Shown: positions 37,129 to 48,039, counted from the stretch's first letter. The stretch is DNA of 64,000 nucleotides from Candidatus Bathyarchaeia archaeon (GCA_038883715.1 JAVZLS010000007.1:1-64000); one strand, 5' to 3'. The notes: generated from the letters alone by a model not told the origin. Made by a program: numbers and translations.

Positions 37129-40100
37129 GTGGTGGTTGCTTTGAGGGGGATTTATCACGGGTTATGTGTGAATTGTAGAGGTGCTGTGTCTGATGAGCGT
37201 CTTTTACATTTTGGGATTTGTGAAAATTGCCTTGAAAGCGTTGAGAATATTAGGTCTTGGAAGCAGGCATTGAAGGCTCTTGAGGAGAAGGGAAAATTAT
37301 ATTTTGCTGGCGAGGTTTTCGATTTTTATAGGAAGTTTGGCGAGGTTTCCAAGTTTTTTAAGAGGGCTGTTGGGCAGAGGATGTGGTCTCTTCAGGAGGC
37401 GTGGGCGAGGAGGATTCTTTTAAAGAGGAACTTTTCAATAGTTGCGCCTACCGGTGTTGGAAAAACAGTTTTGGGAACGGTTGCAGCTCTTTATTTTGCT
37501 TTTAATGGGAAGAAGAGCTACATTATAGTGCCAACAGCCCTCCTTGTGCAGCAAGTCGCCGAAAAAATAGATACTTTTTCAGAAAGGCTTGGAATACATC
37601 CTAGAAAAGTTTGTTATTATGCGGCTTTAGGCGAGGAAGAAAAAAGAGGATCTTTGGAAAGGTTGGTCAATGGTGATTTCGACATTCTCGTAACAACTGA
37701 AAGGTTCTTGATAAGCCACTTTAAAGTTTTGAAGGGCAAAAATTTTGATTTTGTGTTTGTGGATGATGTGGACTCTTTCTTGAAATCTCCGAGAAATATA
37801 GATAGGGTTTTGGCGATTTTAGGCTTTGACGATGCCATAATAGAATTAGCCTTTCAGCTCATAAACCTTCGAAGGGAGGCAAGCAGGCTAAGAAGGATGG
37901 GTAAAAGCCCTTCGGAGGTTCTGCAGCAAATTGAATCTATGAGGAATAAGATTGAGGATTATAAGAGTCGAAACAATATCGGTTTGCTGGTTGTTTCTGG
38001 AGCAACAGTAAAGGCGAAAAGGACAAGGAGAATAAAACTCTTCGAGGAACTTCTAAAGTTTCAGATAGGCTTTAAACCTGAGTTTTTGAGGAATATAAAA
38101 GATTTTTATCTTGAGGCAAGCGGTGATGTTGAAAGTCAAGTGTTATCCTTAATTAAGAGTTTTGGTTCCGGATGCTTGATTTTTGTTCCATCAGTTTTTG
38201 GCAGAGGCCGTGCGCTTAAGCTTAGCGATTTTTTAAACGCAAATGGTGTGAAGACACATGCCTATGTGAAGATGGATGAGGAGATTTTGGAGAAGTTCGA
38301 GAAGGGTGAGTATGACGCCTTAATAGGGGTTGCAAGCTTCAGAAGCCCCCTAGCGCGGGGTATAGACCTTCCGGAGAGGGTCCGCTATGTAATATTCGCC
38401 GGCGTGCCGAGAATGGAGATTAAGCTAAGCTGGGAAGAATGCAACCCGACAAAAATTCTTACACTTCTTAAAAACATTAGGGAGTTTCTAGGGAAAAACC
38501 AGCAGGACAAGGCGAGCCAAATAATCAATAACCTTCGCAGAATAACCCCTACAGACAAGCAGACGCTGGAGAAAATAAAAGCATCTATAGAAGCTGGTGT
38601 ACCGCTTAGCGGTTATGAAGACTACGTTAAAAGGCTTGTTTTAGATGCTAGGGGCTTTCTAAAGAGTGCCATCACGCCTGAGGTTATAGAGAGGATCATG
38701 CAAAGCAGGGAAGTTTCTCTAAAAAAGAGGGATGGAGAATTTTACCTTATCGTTGCAGATCCAGTAGCTTATGTTCAAGCTTCTGGAAGAGCCTCGAGAA
38801 TGTTTGCTGGAGGCATAACGCGCGGTGCGAGCCTCTTGCTTGTGGACGATGAGAAGGCGTTCTATTCGCTCAGGCGTAAACTTGAGTTCATGCTTGGGGA
38901 AGCCACATGGACACGATTCAACGCAAAAACAGCCGAGAAATGGTTCAAAAAGGTGGATGAGGATAGAACGATTCTACGAGAGATTCGGGAGGGCAGAATA
39001 GTCAAGAGAATTAAGGACTTTATTAAGGCAACTCTTTTGATTGTTGAGTCGCCGACAAAAGCCAGAACTATATCGAGGTTCTTTGGAAAGCCCTACAAGA
39101 GGAAAATTGGAAACATCACAGTTTTTGAGGTTAGCACGGGAGAATTCGTGCTTAACGTTGTGGCAAGTATGGGGCACATCTACGACCTAGTGATTAATGA
39201 GGGTTTCCATGGCGTGAAGATTCAAAATGGAAATTTTATACCCATCTATGACTTTATAAAAATGTGTAAGAAATGCGGAGAGCAGTTCACCGGCTTTGAG
39301 TTTTGTCCAAAGTGTAAGAGCCAAGAATTTTACTCAAAAAGCGAGCTAATAGATGCCATGCGGAGTATCGCCTTGGAAGTAAACAGTGTTCTCATAGCTA
39401 CAGACCCGGATATTGAGGGGGAGAAGATAGCCTACGACGTTTACTGTTCGCTTTATCCCATGAACAACAAAGTTGAGCGGCTGGAGTTTCACGAAATTAC
39501 CAAGAAAGCATTTCTCCAAGCAGTAAGGAATAGGCGAGAAATCAATTTGAGAATGGTTGAAGCCCAACTGGTTAGACGGATAGAAGACCGCTGGATAGGC
39601 TTTGAGCTAAGCCAGAAGCTTTGGCGAAGATTCCAGAATTATAGACTCTCCGCTGGGAGAGTTCAAACTCCGGTGCTAGGATGGATAATAGAGAGAGTTA
39701 GCGAATCGAGAAAAAAGAAGAAAATTTTGTCGGCGGTGCTTTCAAATGGCTTAAAGGTTTCTATTGAAAATCCGATCCTCAAATTTCCAGCGGAACAGCT
39801 TGAAAAACGTATCAGTGAACTTAAAGCGAGAATAATTGACTTAAAAACTGAAGAGAGGAGTATAAGCCCACCTCCGCCATACACCACTGATGCTTTGCTC
39901 CGCGACGCTTCAGTAAAGCTTGGCTTTTCAGCTACAAAAACTATGATGATTGCCCAAGACTTGTTTGAAATAGGCTTGTGCACATACCACAGAACAGACT
40001 CAACAACGGTTTCCGCCACGGGAATTGGTATAGCGAAAGACTATATTCAAGAAAAGTATCCGTCGCTTTTTGTTCCGCGAAGGTATTTTATGGAAGGCGC

Positions 40101-40749
40101 ACATGAGTGCATTAGACCCACAAGACCTTTAGATGTGGAACAGCTGAAAAACCTAATCTCTATGGGAATACTGAGGTTTCCGAAAAGGCTTACAAGCGAC
40201 CATTTCCAGCTTTACGACTTGATATTTAAGCGTTTTATTGCAAGCCAAATGAGGGAGGCTAAACTCCTTTACCAACAATTTAAGGTTCTTATAGATGAAA
40301 ACCAAACGTTTGTCGAGAACCCCGTCAGCATCCTAAGCGACGGCTTTAACGCAATATTGCCCATAAAAACTGTGAACGCTGTTCAAGAAGGCGAGTACAC
40401 GTTAACGCTTGCGAAGCTGCTATACTTGCCAGCGGCGAGACCATTCACCCAGGGCGAAATAATCGCATTAATGAAAGAGAGGGGTGTTGGAAGACCAAGC
40501 ACCTATGCCAAGACGGTTGCAACAATTTTGGAAAGGCGCTATGCCATTGAAAGAGGGAATAGGCTCATAAGCACAACATTAGGCTTCAAGGTCTACAAAT
40601 ACCTAAATTCAACGTTTGGAGAATACACTTCTGAGGAGGCGACGCGAAAACTCGAGTCGATAATGGATATGATAGAGCAAGGGAAGGCAGACTACAAGGA
40701 AATCCTCAAAGAGCTGTATGAGGAAATCTTGGAAATTAGGAAGGTTTAG
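37129..40749 (+). CDS. rgy: Reverse gyrase
   Basis: N-terminal Zn finger, APTGVGKT, DDVD, QASGRASR, VESPTKA, SAGRVQ, TYHRTDS, GRPSTY. Confidence 0.97.
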   Translation: MVVALRGIYHGLCVNCRGAVSDERLLHFGICENCLESVENIRSWKQALKALEEKGKLYFAGEVFDFYRKFGEVSKFFKRAVGQRMWSLQEAWARRILLKRNFSIVAPTGVGKTVLGTVAALYFAFNGKKSYIIVPTALLVQQVAEKIDTFSERLGIHPRKVCYYAALGEEEKRGSLERLVNGDFDILVTTERFLISHFKVLKGKNFDFVFVDDVDSFLKSPRNIDRVLAILGFDDAIIELAFQLINLRREASRLRRMGKSPSEVLQQIESMRNKIEDYKSRNNIGLLVVSGATVKAKRTRRIKLFEELLKFQIGFKPEFLRNIKDFYLEASGDVESQVLSLIKSFGSGCLIFVPSVFGRGRALKLSDFLNANGVKTHAYVKMDEEILEKFEKGEYDALIGVASFRSPLARGIDLPERVRYVIFAGVPRMEIKLSWEECNPTKILTLLKNIREFLGKNQQDKASQIINNLRRITPTDKQTLEKIKASIEAGVPLSGYEDYVKRLVLDARGFLKSAITPEVIERIMQSREVSLKKRDGEFYLIVADPVAYVQASGRASRMFAGGITRGASLLLVDDEKAFYSLRRKLEFMLGEATWTRFNAKTAEKWFKKVDEDRTILREIREGRIVKRIKDFIKATLLIVESPTKARTISRFFGKPYKRKIGNITVFEVSTGEFVLNVVASMGHIYDLVINEGFHGVKIQNGNFIPIYDFIKMCKKCGEQFTGFEFCPKCKSQEFYSKSELIDAMRSIALEVNSVLIATDPDIEGEKIAYDVYCSLYPMNNKVERLEFHEITKKAFLQAVRNRREINLRMVEAQLVRRIEDRWIGFELSQKLWRRFQNYRLSAGRVQTPVLGWIIERVSESRKKKKILSAVLSNGLKVSIENPILKFPAEQLEKRISELKARIIDLKTEERSISPPPPYTTDALLRDASVKLGFSATKTMMIAQDLFEIGLCTYHRTDSTTVSATGIGIAKDYIQEKYPSLFVPRRYFMEGAHECIRPTRPLDVEQLKNLISMGILRFPKRLTSDHFQLYDLIFKRFIASQMREAKLLYQQFKVLIDENQTFVENPVSILSDGFNAILPIKTVNAVQEGEYTLTLAKLLYLPAARPFTQGEIIALMKERGVGRPSTYAKTVATILERRYAIERGNRLISTTLGFKVYKYLNSTFGEYTSEEATRKLESIMDMIEQGKADYKEILKELYEEILEIRKV

Positions 40750-40776
40750 CCCTTGGAAAATCACTAAGCGCTTAGT

Positions 40777-41355
40777 ATGGTGGAAAATATGCGCGAGTTC
40801 GTTCTGTATTCGCGGATGGGTCGGACAGATGCAAGATGGGAAAACTTGCATGATGCTGGGCGCCTAGACATAGTTTACGAATGCGCTGTGGCAAGCCTTT
40901 TCCTCTCCCATGCTATACGAAGGGATACAATTTTCCATGCCATACTAAATGGTCCACCACAACCACCACTACATTTGAAGGTTGAGGGCTTAACACTTTA
41001 TGATGTAAGAACCGACGTGGGCACATGGACTCAAATAATGAAAAAAGTTTTGTCTGGAAAGCCGCATCCAGGCATAAGCCTTTCCAAGGCGAGCTTTGAG
41101 GGTTTGATAAGGGAGAAGGCGGAAAAAGCCAAAATATATGTTCTTGAGGAAGGTGGAAAAGACATTTTTGAAGTTGATATTGGAGAAAATCCAGTTTTTG
41201 TTTTAGGGGACCATGTGGGCTTACCCAAGAAGGTTGAAGCTTTCGCCTTGCGCTATGGGGAAAAAATATCCCTTGGAAAAAAGCCTTACTTAGCTGCCAC
41301 ATGCATAACAGTTCTAAATTACTTGCTGGATAGAAGGGAAATGGGCGGAAAATAA
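40777..41355 (+). CDS. trmY: tRNA pseudouridine-54 N1-methyltransferase
   Basis: AGRLD, LSHAIRRD, FVLGDHVG SPOUT motifs. Confidence 0.88.
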   Translation: MVENMREFVLYSRMGRTDARWENLHDAGRLDIVYECAVASLFLSHAIRRDTIFHAILNGPPQPPLHLKVEGLTLYDVRTDVGTWTQIMKKVLSGKPHPGISLSKASFEGLIREKAEKAKIYVLEEGGKDIFEVDIGENPVFVLGDHVGLPKKVEAFALRYGEKISLGKKPYLAATCITVLNYLLDRREMGGK

Positions 41356-41433
41356 GCGCTAAATTTTTATCCTTGTGATTTCTGGTTTAAAATCTTGTTA
41401 CTATTAAAGGTGTTTTAAACCCTTTAATGTGGG

Positions 41434-42819
41434 GTGACCTTTATGGCGGCCATCAGGGAGCTGCCAACAACACCAGTTTCAAAATTCGAGAGAATAGGCG
41501 CTCACACGCACATAAAAGGTTTAGGCTTAGATGAAAATCTGAAAGCTGTAAAAATAAAGGATGGAATGGTTGGGCAGGAAAAGGCTAGAGAAGCTGCGGG
41601 CTTAGTTGTGAAGATGATTAAGGAAGGAAAGCTTAGCGGAAAATGCATTATCTTGGCTGGTCCACCCGGGACTGGAAAAACCGCCATAGCCGTGGCCATT
41701 TCAAAGGAGCTTGGCGAAAACGTTCCATTCATACAAATGAGTGGAAGCGAGATCTACAGCACTGAGCGAAAGAAAACAGAGGTTCTTATTGAAGCTATAA
41801 GAAAATGCATAGGCGTCGAAATTCATGAAATGCGGAAGGTCTATGAAGGCGAAGTCACAATGGTGGACATCCGAACGGCGCCACACCCCTACAATCCCTA
41901 CCAGAAGATTCCGGAAAGCGTTAGGTTAGCGCTGAAAACAAGGGAGGAGGAGAAGACCATTGAGGCTGGCGCCTCCATAGCCCAACAAATAATTGCCGAG
42001 GGAATATCAGAGGGGCATGTCATCCAAATTGACGCTGAAACTGGAAGGGTTGTTGATCTCGGGCTCTGTCTTGAAAGTCAGAAGGGGAAAACTTACGATG
42101 TTGATACTCGGAGGAAGATTCCCCGTCCAAATGGCAAGGTTTTGAAGGAGAAAGAGTTTGTTTACATGCTTACCTTGGCGGATTTGGACGAATTAAATGC
42201 CAGGCAACGTTCAGGCGGATTGTTCTCACTGTTTTTCGGCGGCTCCGAATCGAAGGAGATAGACACCGAAGTGCGGATGGCTGTTGATCAACAAGTGAAA
42301 GAGTGGGTGGACAGCGGCAAAGCCTTCATCCATCCAGGCGTGCTCTTCATAGACGACGCCCACCTACTGGACTTGGAAGCTTTCAGCTTCCTCGGAAGAG
42401 CCATGGAAAGTGAGCTTGTTCCAATAATAATTCTAGCCACAAACCGCGGAGTAGCAAGAATCCGTGGAACAGACATAAGGAGTCCGCTGGGCTTCCCAGT
42501 TGACCTCATAGACCGCGCAGTTATAATTGCCACACAACCCTACGACCTAGAAAGCATTAAGGAGATCCTAAGGATTCGCGCTTCTGAGGAGAAGATTAAG
42601 TTGGATAAGGATGCGCTTGAAAAGCTCGCTGAAGTCGGGGCGAAAAGCTCTATGAGATACGCTGTTCAACTGTTAAGCCTGGCAGCGCAAAACGCCAAAT
42701 CAGCCAATAGGGATAAGGTAACCGTTGAAGACGTGCAGCGGGTTGACGACTTGTTCATGGATGTGGGTGAGGCTGCCGAGTACTTGAGAAAGTATGAAGA
42801 GAAGCTGCTGGTGCACTGA
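41434..42819 (+). CDS. TIP49/RuvB-like AAA+ ATPase
   Basis: HTHIKGLGL, GPPGTGKT, GVLFIDD, ATNRG. Confidence 0.93.
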   Translation: MTFMAAIRELPTTPVSKFERIGAHTHIKGLGLDENLKAVKIKDGMVGQEKAREAAGLVVKMIKEGKLSGKCIILAGPPGTGKTAIAVAISKELGENVPFIQMSGSEIYSTERKKTEVLIEAIRKCIGVEIHEMRKVYEGEVTMVDIRTAPHPYNPYQKIPESVRLALKTREEEKTIEAGASIAQQIIAEGISEGHVIQIDAETGRVVDLGLCLESQKGKTYDVDTRRKIPRPNGKVLKEKEFVYMLTLADLDELNARQRSGGLFSLFFGGSESKEIDTEVRMAVDQQVKEWVDSGKAFIHPGVLFIDDAHLLDLEAFSFLGRAMESELVPIIILATNRGVARIRGTDIRSPLGFPVDLIDRAVIIATQPYDLESIKEILRIRASEEKIKLDKDALEKLAEVGAKSSMRYAVQLLSLAAQNAKSANRDKVTVEDVQRVDDLFMDVGEAAEYLRKYEEKLLVH

Positions 42820-42906
42820 ACCATTTTACCACACTGTAAAAATAATCCTTATTCTGGAATAGCAATCCTTTAAATTCTCTTATACTTTCCTTTAAGCGGT
42901 GGTTTA

Positions 42907-43212
42907 ATGGCTGAAAAGAGGCATAAGCGTGAAACTGCAAGTCCTGTTAAATTGGATTTGGCTGAAGATTTGGGCTTCATTTTAGAACCAGCAAAAATTG
43001 AGATAGGCTCTGGATATGCTGTGTCTTTAAGCTATGATGAAGAGGGCAATCCTGTCGTTGACGTTAAAACGTATGGAGATGTAGACCTGTCCAAAATTAG
43101 AAGGGATATTGAACGGCTATACCCTAACGCCCAAATCCGGCAGCTAAACCAAGAGTCAACAGTAGCTGTTGTCAGAAAGCGGAAGGGTAAGCGAAAGACT
43201 GGAAGAAAGTAG
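42907..43212 (+). CDS. Hypothetical protein
   Basis: ORF with RBS-like upstream sequence. Confidence 0.6.
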   Translation: MAEKRHKRETASPVKLDLAEDLGFILEPAKIEIGSGYAVSLSYDEEGNPVVDVKTYGDVDLSKIRRDIERLYPNAQIRQLNQESTVAVVRKRKGKRKTGRK

Positions 43213-43433
43213 TTTCTCGCCCAGAAATCTGACTTTAGAAATGAGATTGAAATAGAACCAAATTTACCCTCATATAAATTTTCCCTTGAGAAATGGAAAT
43301 TTCAACATGGTTTTTCAATTTTCAGAAATGGCTCATGTAATAGGGAGAAAGGTCTAAAAAGGGTTGAACCGAACCGTTTAGCTTTTAAGCCTCTCCTTAA
43401 ACATGATGTGAATTCAATAGAAAGCAGACCACC

Positions 43434-44678
43434 ATGTCAGAAAGTGACGAACTGTCCAAGAATAAGAGGGAACTGAAAATAGTCTATGTTCGTTCGGTAG
43501 CGAACTCCCTCGGAACAGGTATGATGAACCCTTTTGTCGGTCCATACGCGGTTAAGGAGTTAGGCGCCTCCTCCTCTGAGATGGGCTGGTTACAGTCAAT
43601 GAGCAACATATCAAATAATGTTATGCAGGTTTTCTGGGGGAGACTAAGCGACAGGCTTAGACGAAGAATGCCCTTCATTGTTTTTGGCGGTTTGATTGTT
43701 GCCTTGCTTTGGCTTCCAATGTTGTTTATTAAGACTGCAAGCCAACTAATAATTCTAATAAGTTTGCAGGCGCTTCTTGGCTCAATGGCTGTTCCAGCGT
43801 GGACCGCCCTCATAGGCGACCTAGTTCCATCTTCACGCTTGGGAAGAATAAACGCCACTGTTAATTTATGGGCTTCTGTAGGAAGCATCCTAGCCACAAT
43901 GGCTTCTGGAGCCATCATGACAGCCATTGGAGGTTCTGTCAGAGAGCAAATCATAATTCCCATAATTGTTGCAACCGCATGCGGGCTACTTTCATCATTT
44001 GTCATGTTTTACGTTAAGGAAAACGCCAATAAAAATGGAAGTAAAGAGGTGGAGAAAAATTTTGCGAGGGATTTGTTTGATGTTGTGAAGGTTGCAAAGG
44101 GGTCTCCAGATTTTATTAAATATTGCACTTGCAGCGCGGTCTTCAACTTCTTCATGTCGATTGCTTGGCCGCTGTTCGCCATAACTCAAGTCAAAATCTT
44201 GAAGGCTTCAATGTTGGAGATAGCGTTGCTTAGCGTAGTTCAAGGGATTTTCACGATATTTTTTATTAGGTGGGCTGGGAGGCTCGCCGACACCGTAGGC
44301 AGAAAGCCACTGCTCATCTTCGTTAGATTCAGCTATGTTTCAGTCCCATTAGCTTACGCTTTTTCTCCAAACATTTACGTTCTAACCGCTATAGGTGCCT
44401 TTTGGGGTGCTGTTGCAGCTTTTGAGCAAGCAAGCGTTACAACCTATCTGCTTGATGTTTCCCCAGAAATGCATAGGGGAAGCTTCACAGCCTTCTACAA
44501 TTTACTGATAGGAACTGTGACATTTTTCGGCTCTCTTATAGGCGGCTACTTATCCGACTTAACTATTAGCGTATACGGTTTAGTTTTAGGCTTGCAGATA
44601 GTTTACATAGTCTCAGCCGTGGGAAGATTCATTGGAGCTGCAACATATTTTAGGCTGAAGGAAACCCTCAAAGGGTAG
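43434..44678 (+). CDS. MFS transporter
   Basis: GRLSDRLRRR and GRLADTVGRK motifs. Confidence 0.9.
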   Translation: MSESDELSKNKRELKIVYVRSVANSLGTGMMNPFVGPYAVKELGASSSEMGWLQSMSNISNNVMQVFWGRLSDRLRRRMPFIVFGGLIVALLWLPMLFIKTASQLIILISLQALLGSMAVPAWTALIGDLVPSSRLGRINATVNLWASVGSILATMASGAIMTAIGGSVREQIIIPIIVATACGLLSSFVMFYVKENANKNGSKEVEKNFARDLFDVVKVAKGSPDFIKYCTCSAVFNFFMSIAWPLFAITQVKILKASMLEIALLSVVQGIFTIFFIRWAGRLADTVGRKPLLIFVRFSYVSVPLAYAFSPNIYVLTAIGAFWGAVAAFEQASVTTYLLDVSPEMHRGSFTAFYNLLIGTVTFFGSLIGGYLSDLTISVYGLVLGLQIVYIVSAVGRFIGAATYFRLKETLKG

Positions 44679-44697
44679 AAAATCCTAGTCTAACATG

Positions 44698-45750
44698 TCA
44701 TCTTCTAAGATAATGTCCGGTTATGGGAATTCTGGTTCTACACTTTGGGCACTTCTTATTCTCAGTAATAGTATATTTTAAAACATAATATCCATATCGC
44801 TTGATAAGCACCTCTCCACAGTTTGGGCAGTAAGTGTTTTCATACTTGTGTCCCGTAAAGTTCCCAATGTATGGGTATAGGACTCCAGCCTTTCTAGCCA
44901 TCTCGTAAGCCTTCTCCAAAGTCTCAACCCTTGTGGGCGGATTGTGAAACTTGTAGGCTGGGAAATACCTTGTAAAATGCAGCGGTGTTTCTGGTCCCAC
45001 GTGTTTTAAATGTTTTTCAATAACCCAGCGTAAAGTGTTTTCGCTGTCGTTGACACTGCTAACAACGAGGTTTACAATCTCAACATGCAAACCCAAACGT
45101 TTTGCTTCTGCAGCGTTTCTCCAAACTTTTTCCACGTCAGCACCGCCACAGTATCTCATGTAGGTTTCATGGTCGCCCTTAACGTCTATTTTAAGCCCAT
45201 CCATGCCAGCATCGCGAAGGGCTTTTAGGGCTTCAAGGGTCATGTAGCCATTCGAAACATAACAACAATATTTTATTCCCTTGCTTTTTCCAAGATTGAA
45301 GGCTTGAATAGCCCATTCAGTCGAAAGTGTGGGTTCCTGGAAACTTGCGCATAAGCCAGCATCCCCATAAGTAAGAGCTAATTCAACAATCTTCTCTGGA
45401 TGGAAATAGACTGCCTTGGCCGGATTTGGGGTATTTTTTGACAAGTGATAGTTTTGACACCAAACGCAGTCAAAGTTGCACGACCACGTTGAAAAGGTTA
45501 GGGATGTTGAACCCGGCCAATAATGGAAGAAGGGCTTTATCTCTATTGGGCGGCTTTCAACGGCACTTATGTCGCCATACACAAGCGTGTAGAGTTTGCC
45601 GCCAAAATTCCTCCTTGTCCTGCAGAATCCAACACCGCCTTCTGCAATTTCGCATCTCCTCTCGCAGAGGCTACACCTAACCTTATTGTCGCTTAGCCTT
45701 TCATAGAATATTGCCTCTTTAACAGTTGAGTAAACTGGAAAAGCCTTCAT
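44698..45750 (-). CDS. amrS: AmmeMemoRadiSam system radical SAM enzyme
   Basis: CSLCERRC, PIEIKP, CNFDCVWCQN, LHFTRYFP, NTYCPNC. Confidence 0.85.
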   Translation of the reverse strand: MKAFPVYSTVKEAIFYERLSDNKVRCSLCERRCEIAEGGVGFCRTRRNFGGKLYTLVYGDISAVESRPIEIKPFFHYWPGSTSLTFSTWSCNFDCVWCQNYHLSKNTPNPAKAVYFHPEKIVELALTYGDAGLCASFQEPTLSTEWAIQAFNLGKSKGIKYCCYVSNGYMTLEALKALRDAGMDGLKIDVKGDHETYMRYCGGADVEKVWRNAAEAKRLGLHVEIVNLVVSSVNDSENTLRWVIEKHLKHVGPETPLHFTRYFPAYKFHNPPTRVETLEKAYEMARKAGVLYPYIGNFTGHKYENTYCPNCGEVLIKRYGYYVLKYTITENKKCPKCRTRIPITGHYLRR

Positions 45751-45751
45751 C

Positions 45752-46738
45752 TCATTGTCCTTTGAAATGTTCCCAACCCCTAGGCTCAATAACCCGTCTT
45801 TCGCCATCAACTTCAAGAACTATCTTTTTATCAGCAGTCGCCCTCCCTATTTTGATGAGGTTTCCACCAACACTTTTAACGGCTTTTTCAGCCTTATCCC
45901 AAAGGCTAGGCTTTATAGTTAAAACGAGTTCGTACTCTTCGCCTCCGTAAAGGGCCAAATCCAATAGGTCCAAACCATTTATCTCAGCAAATTTGATAGC
46001 TTCATGGGCTACTGGAATATCTTCTATTAGAAAGCCAACATTGCTAGCCTTTGAAAGCTCGTGGAGACTCCAAGCTAAGCCGTCACTAGAATCAATAGCG
46101 GATGTGACGGCTTTCGTAGCGCTTAAGGCTAAACCCTCCTTTAAACGAGCTTTGGGCATGTAAACAGCCTCTAAAAGAGAACTGCGAATGTCCTTTGGTG
46201 CCTCACATTTTTCGAGAAGAATTTTTAACCCAGCTGAAGTTTTCCCAAAAGAACCAGTGACAGCCACCGTGTCTCCTGGTTTAGCTCCGCTCCGCAACAT
46301 CACGCCATCTCTCCTTGCCAAACCGAAGACTGAAAGGCTTACTATAAGGTCTGAAGCTTCATTCGTGTCTCCGCCAATAATGTAAGCGCCGTATTCGCGG
46401 GCTCCAGCGTTTAAGCCCTCTGCGATTTCCTTAACCTCCCTTTCCTTTGTATTTCTCGGCATTCCAAGAGAGACCAGCATAACAAGAGGTTTAACGCCCT
46501 TCGCGGCAAAATCGCTTACGTTCATAACTACAGCTTTACGGGCTGCTTGCCAAAAACTCATACCTTTTGGGACATCTGTCTCGCCAACCAACATGTCAGT
46601 CTTCAAAACAATAAGCTGTTCATTATCCAATGGATAGGCGGAGACATCATCGCCGAAGGGGATGGGCATTTGCGGCATCTTCTCTAATTTCTCTAAGATA
46701 AGCTCAATGGCCTTTCTCTCGCCAATATCCCTTAGCAT
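45752..46738 (-). CDS. thiL: Thiamine-monophosphate kinase
   Basis: GDD, NVSDFAAKG, GGDT, DSSDGL, GGEEYEL, GWEHF. Confidence 0.93.
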   Translation of the reverse strand: MLRDIGERKAIELILEKLEKMPQMPIPFGDDVSAYPLDNEQLIVLKTDMLVGETDVPKGMSFWQAARKAVVMNVSDFAAKGVKPLVMLVSLGMPRNTKEREVKEIAEGLNAGAREYGAYIIGGDTNEASDLIVSLSVFGLARRDGVMLRSGAKPGDTVAVTGSFGKTSAGLKILLEKCEAPKDIRSSLLEAVYMPKARLKEGLALSATKAVTSAIDSSDGLAWSLHELSKASNVGFLIEDIPVAHEAIKFAEINGLDLLDLALYGGEEYELVLTIKPSLWDKAEKAVKSVGGNLIKIGRATADKKIVLEVDGERRVIEPRGWEHFKGQ

Positions 46739-46861
46739 ACTCAAAATTCGGACACCATTCAAAATATTTTGAATGCCCGTCTTAAAAGTTCTTACATTTA
46801 TCCATTCAATGCTTCCGAACATCTTAAAAGTGGGCTTTTCTCAAAATATCATAGTCCATAC

Positions 46862-46938
46862 GCCTCGGTGGCTCAGCCTGGTAGAGCAGCGGCCTCGTAA
46901 GCCGCAGGTCCCGGGATCGAAGCCCGGCCGAGGCTCCA
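46862..46938 (+). tRNA. tRNA-Thr(CGT)
   Basis: gcggc-ctcgtaa-gccgc anticodon arm; encoded CCA. Confidence 0.93.
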
Positions 46939-47041
46939 TATTATATGTGACTTGTATTTGTGTTGTGCTTGTGAGCAGAAATGTTTATTAAATATCAATA
47001 TTACAGATAAACTTGAAATTCGCTACTGGAGATGAAATTAC

Positions 47042-47371
47042 ATGCGCTTCCTTCATCACGAGGAAAAACTTAAATGTCCGTATAAGGGGTGCGGAAAGAC
47101 CTTTGGCAAGCCTGCTGTTTTGACGGATAATTCGACGCTGCCTAGGCAGACTTATTATGCTTGTCCTTATTGCATGTCGAAGATTGACATTGTCGTCGAG
47201 AACATGCGTATAGTTGATGTTAGGCCGGCTGAATATCCAAAGGTTCTTGATTCGCCTGCGAAATGTGCCCATTATTTTGGTTTCTTAAACTCCATTCCGA
47301 GGGATATGCCAATCCCAGACGAGTGTCTAGTTTGTCCAAAAGTCCTTCAGTGCAGCGTCAGAAAACGTTGA
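47042..47371 (+). CDS. Small Cys-rich Zn-finger protein
   Basis: CPYKGC, CPYC, CAH, CLVC..C. Confidence 0.7.
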   Translation: MRFLHHEEKLKCPYKGCGKTFGKPAVLTDNSTLPRQTYYACPYCMSKIDIVVENMRIVDVRPAEYPKVLDSPAKCAHYFGFLNSIPRDMPIPDECLVCPKVLQCSVRKR

Positions 47372-47449
47372 GAACAGCCCTCAATAATATTTTTGACAAA
47401 GAGAAACATTTTAAATCCTCTGTTAAAATTTTACCTTATGATTGCTAGC

Positions 47450-47527
47450 GGGGCTGTCGGCTAGCTTGGTCTAGGCTTGGAGACTTGGGCTCTCTAGACC
47501 CCGGTTCAAATCCGGGCAGCCCCACCA
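47450..47527 (+). tRNA. tRNA-Pro(TGG)
   Basis: ggaga-cttgggc-tctct anticodon arm; ggggctg/cagcccc acceptor; CCA. Confidence 0.93.
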
Positions 47528-47601
47528 CACTTTTTAATAATTGTGTGGCATGCGCGAAAGTGTTAATTGTGCAGCGCAAAATTATGATTTTAGGTTTTGC
47601 C

Positions 47602-48039
47602 ATGTCCCGTGTTAAGGTTAGACGTGCCAAGGAAAATGATGTTTTAAAGTTGTTGCTGCTTGCTAGGGATTTCATGCGCGGAGCTGCAACTGCTAAGAAG
47701 CGCTTATCTATTCTGAAAAGCTCTCTTAAGGATCCAGATTACGAGTTGTGGCTTGCAGAAATAGATGACGAGGTTGTTGGTTTTATAGACTTGTGGACTA
47801 TAAACGATTTTTGTCACGGTGGAAGACTGACCTACATACAGAACTTGTATGTTGCGCCTAAATATAGACGATTAGGCATTGGGAGCAAGCTTCTACAAAG
47901 AATCATTGGGAGGGCTGAAGGGAAGGGAGCTTTAGAGATTCATGTGGTGACGGGGTTTGATAATGAGGAGGCAATTAGGCTTTATAAGAAGCATGGTTTA
48001 GAAAAGGAATCATTACAGCTTGAGAAAGAGTTCCAATAG
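47602..48039 (+). CDS. GNAT acetyltransferase
   Basis: LYVAPKYRRLGIGSKLL, NEEAIRLYKKHG. Confidence 0.88.
   Translation: MSRVKVRRAKENDVLKLLLLARDFMRGAATAKKRLSILKSSLKDPDYELWLAEIDDEVVGFIDLWTINDFCHGGRLTYIQNLYVAPKYRRLGIGSKLLQRIIGRAEGKGALEIHVVTGFDNEEAIRLYKKHGLEKESLQLEKEFQ

Noticed and set aside
43213-43433. Repeated agaaat(g) words upstream of the MFS gene
   Set aside because: Short, irregularly spaced and in AT-rich DNA; not distinguishable from chance
46773-47675. Short ORFs overlapping tRNA-Thr and tRNA-Pro, and the 47485 start for the GNAT gene
   Set aside because: They overlap tRNA genes; the GNAT more plausibly starts at 47602
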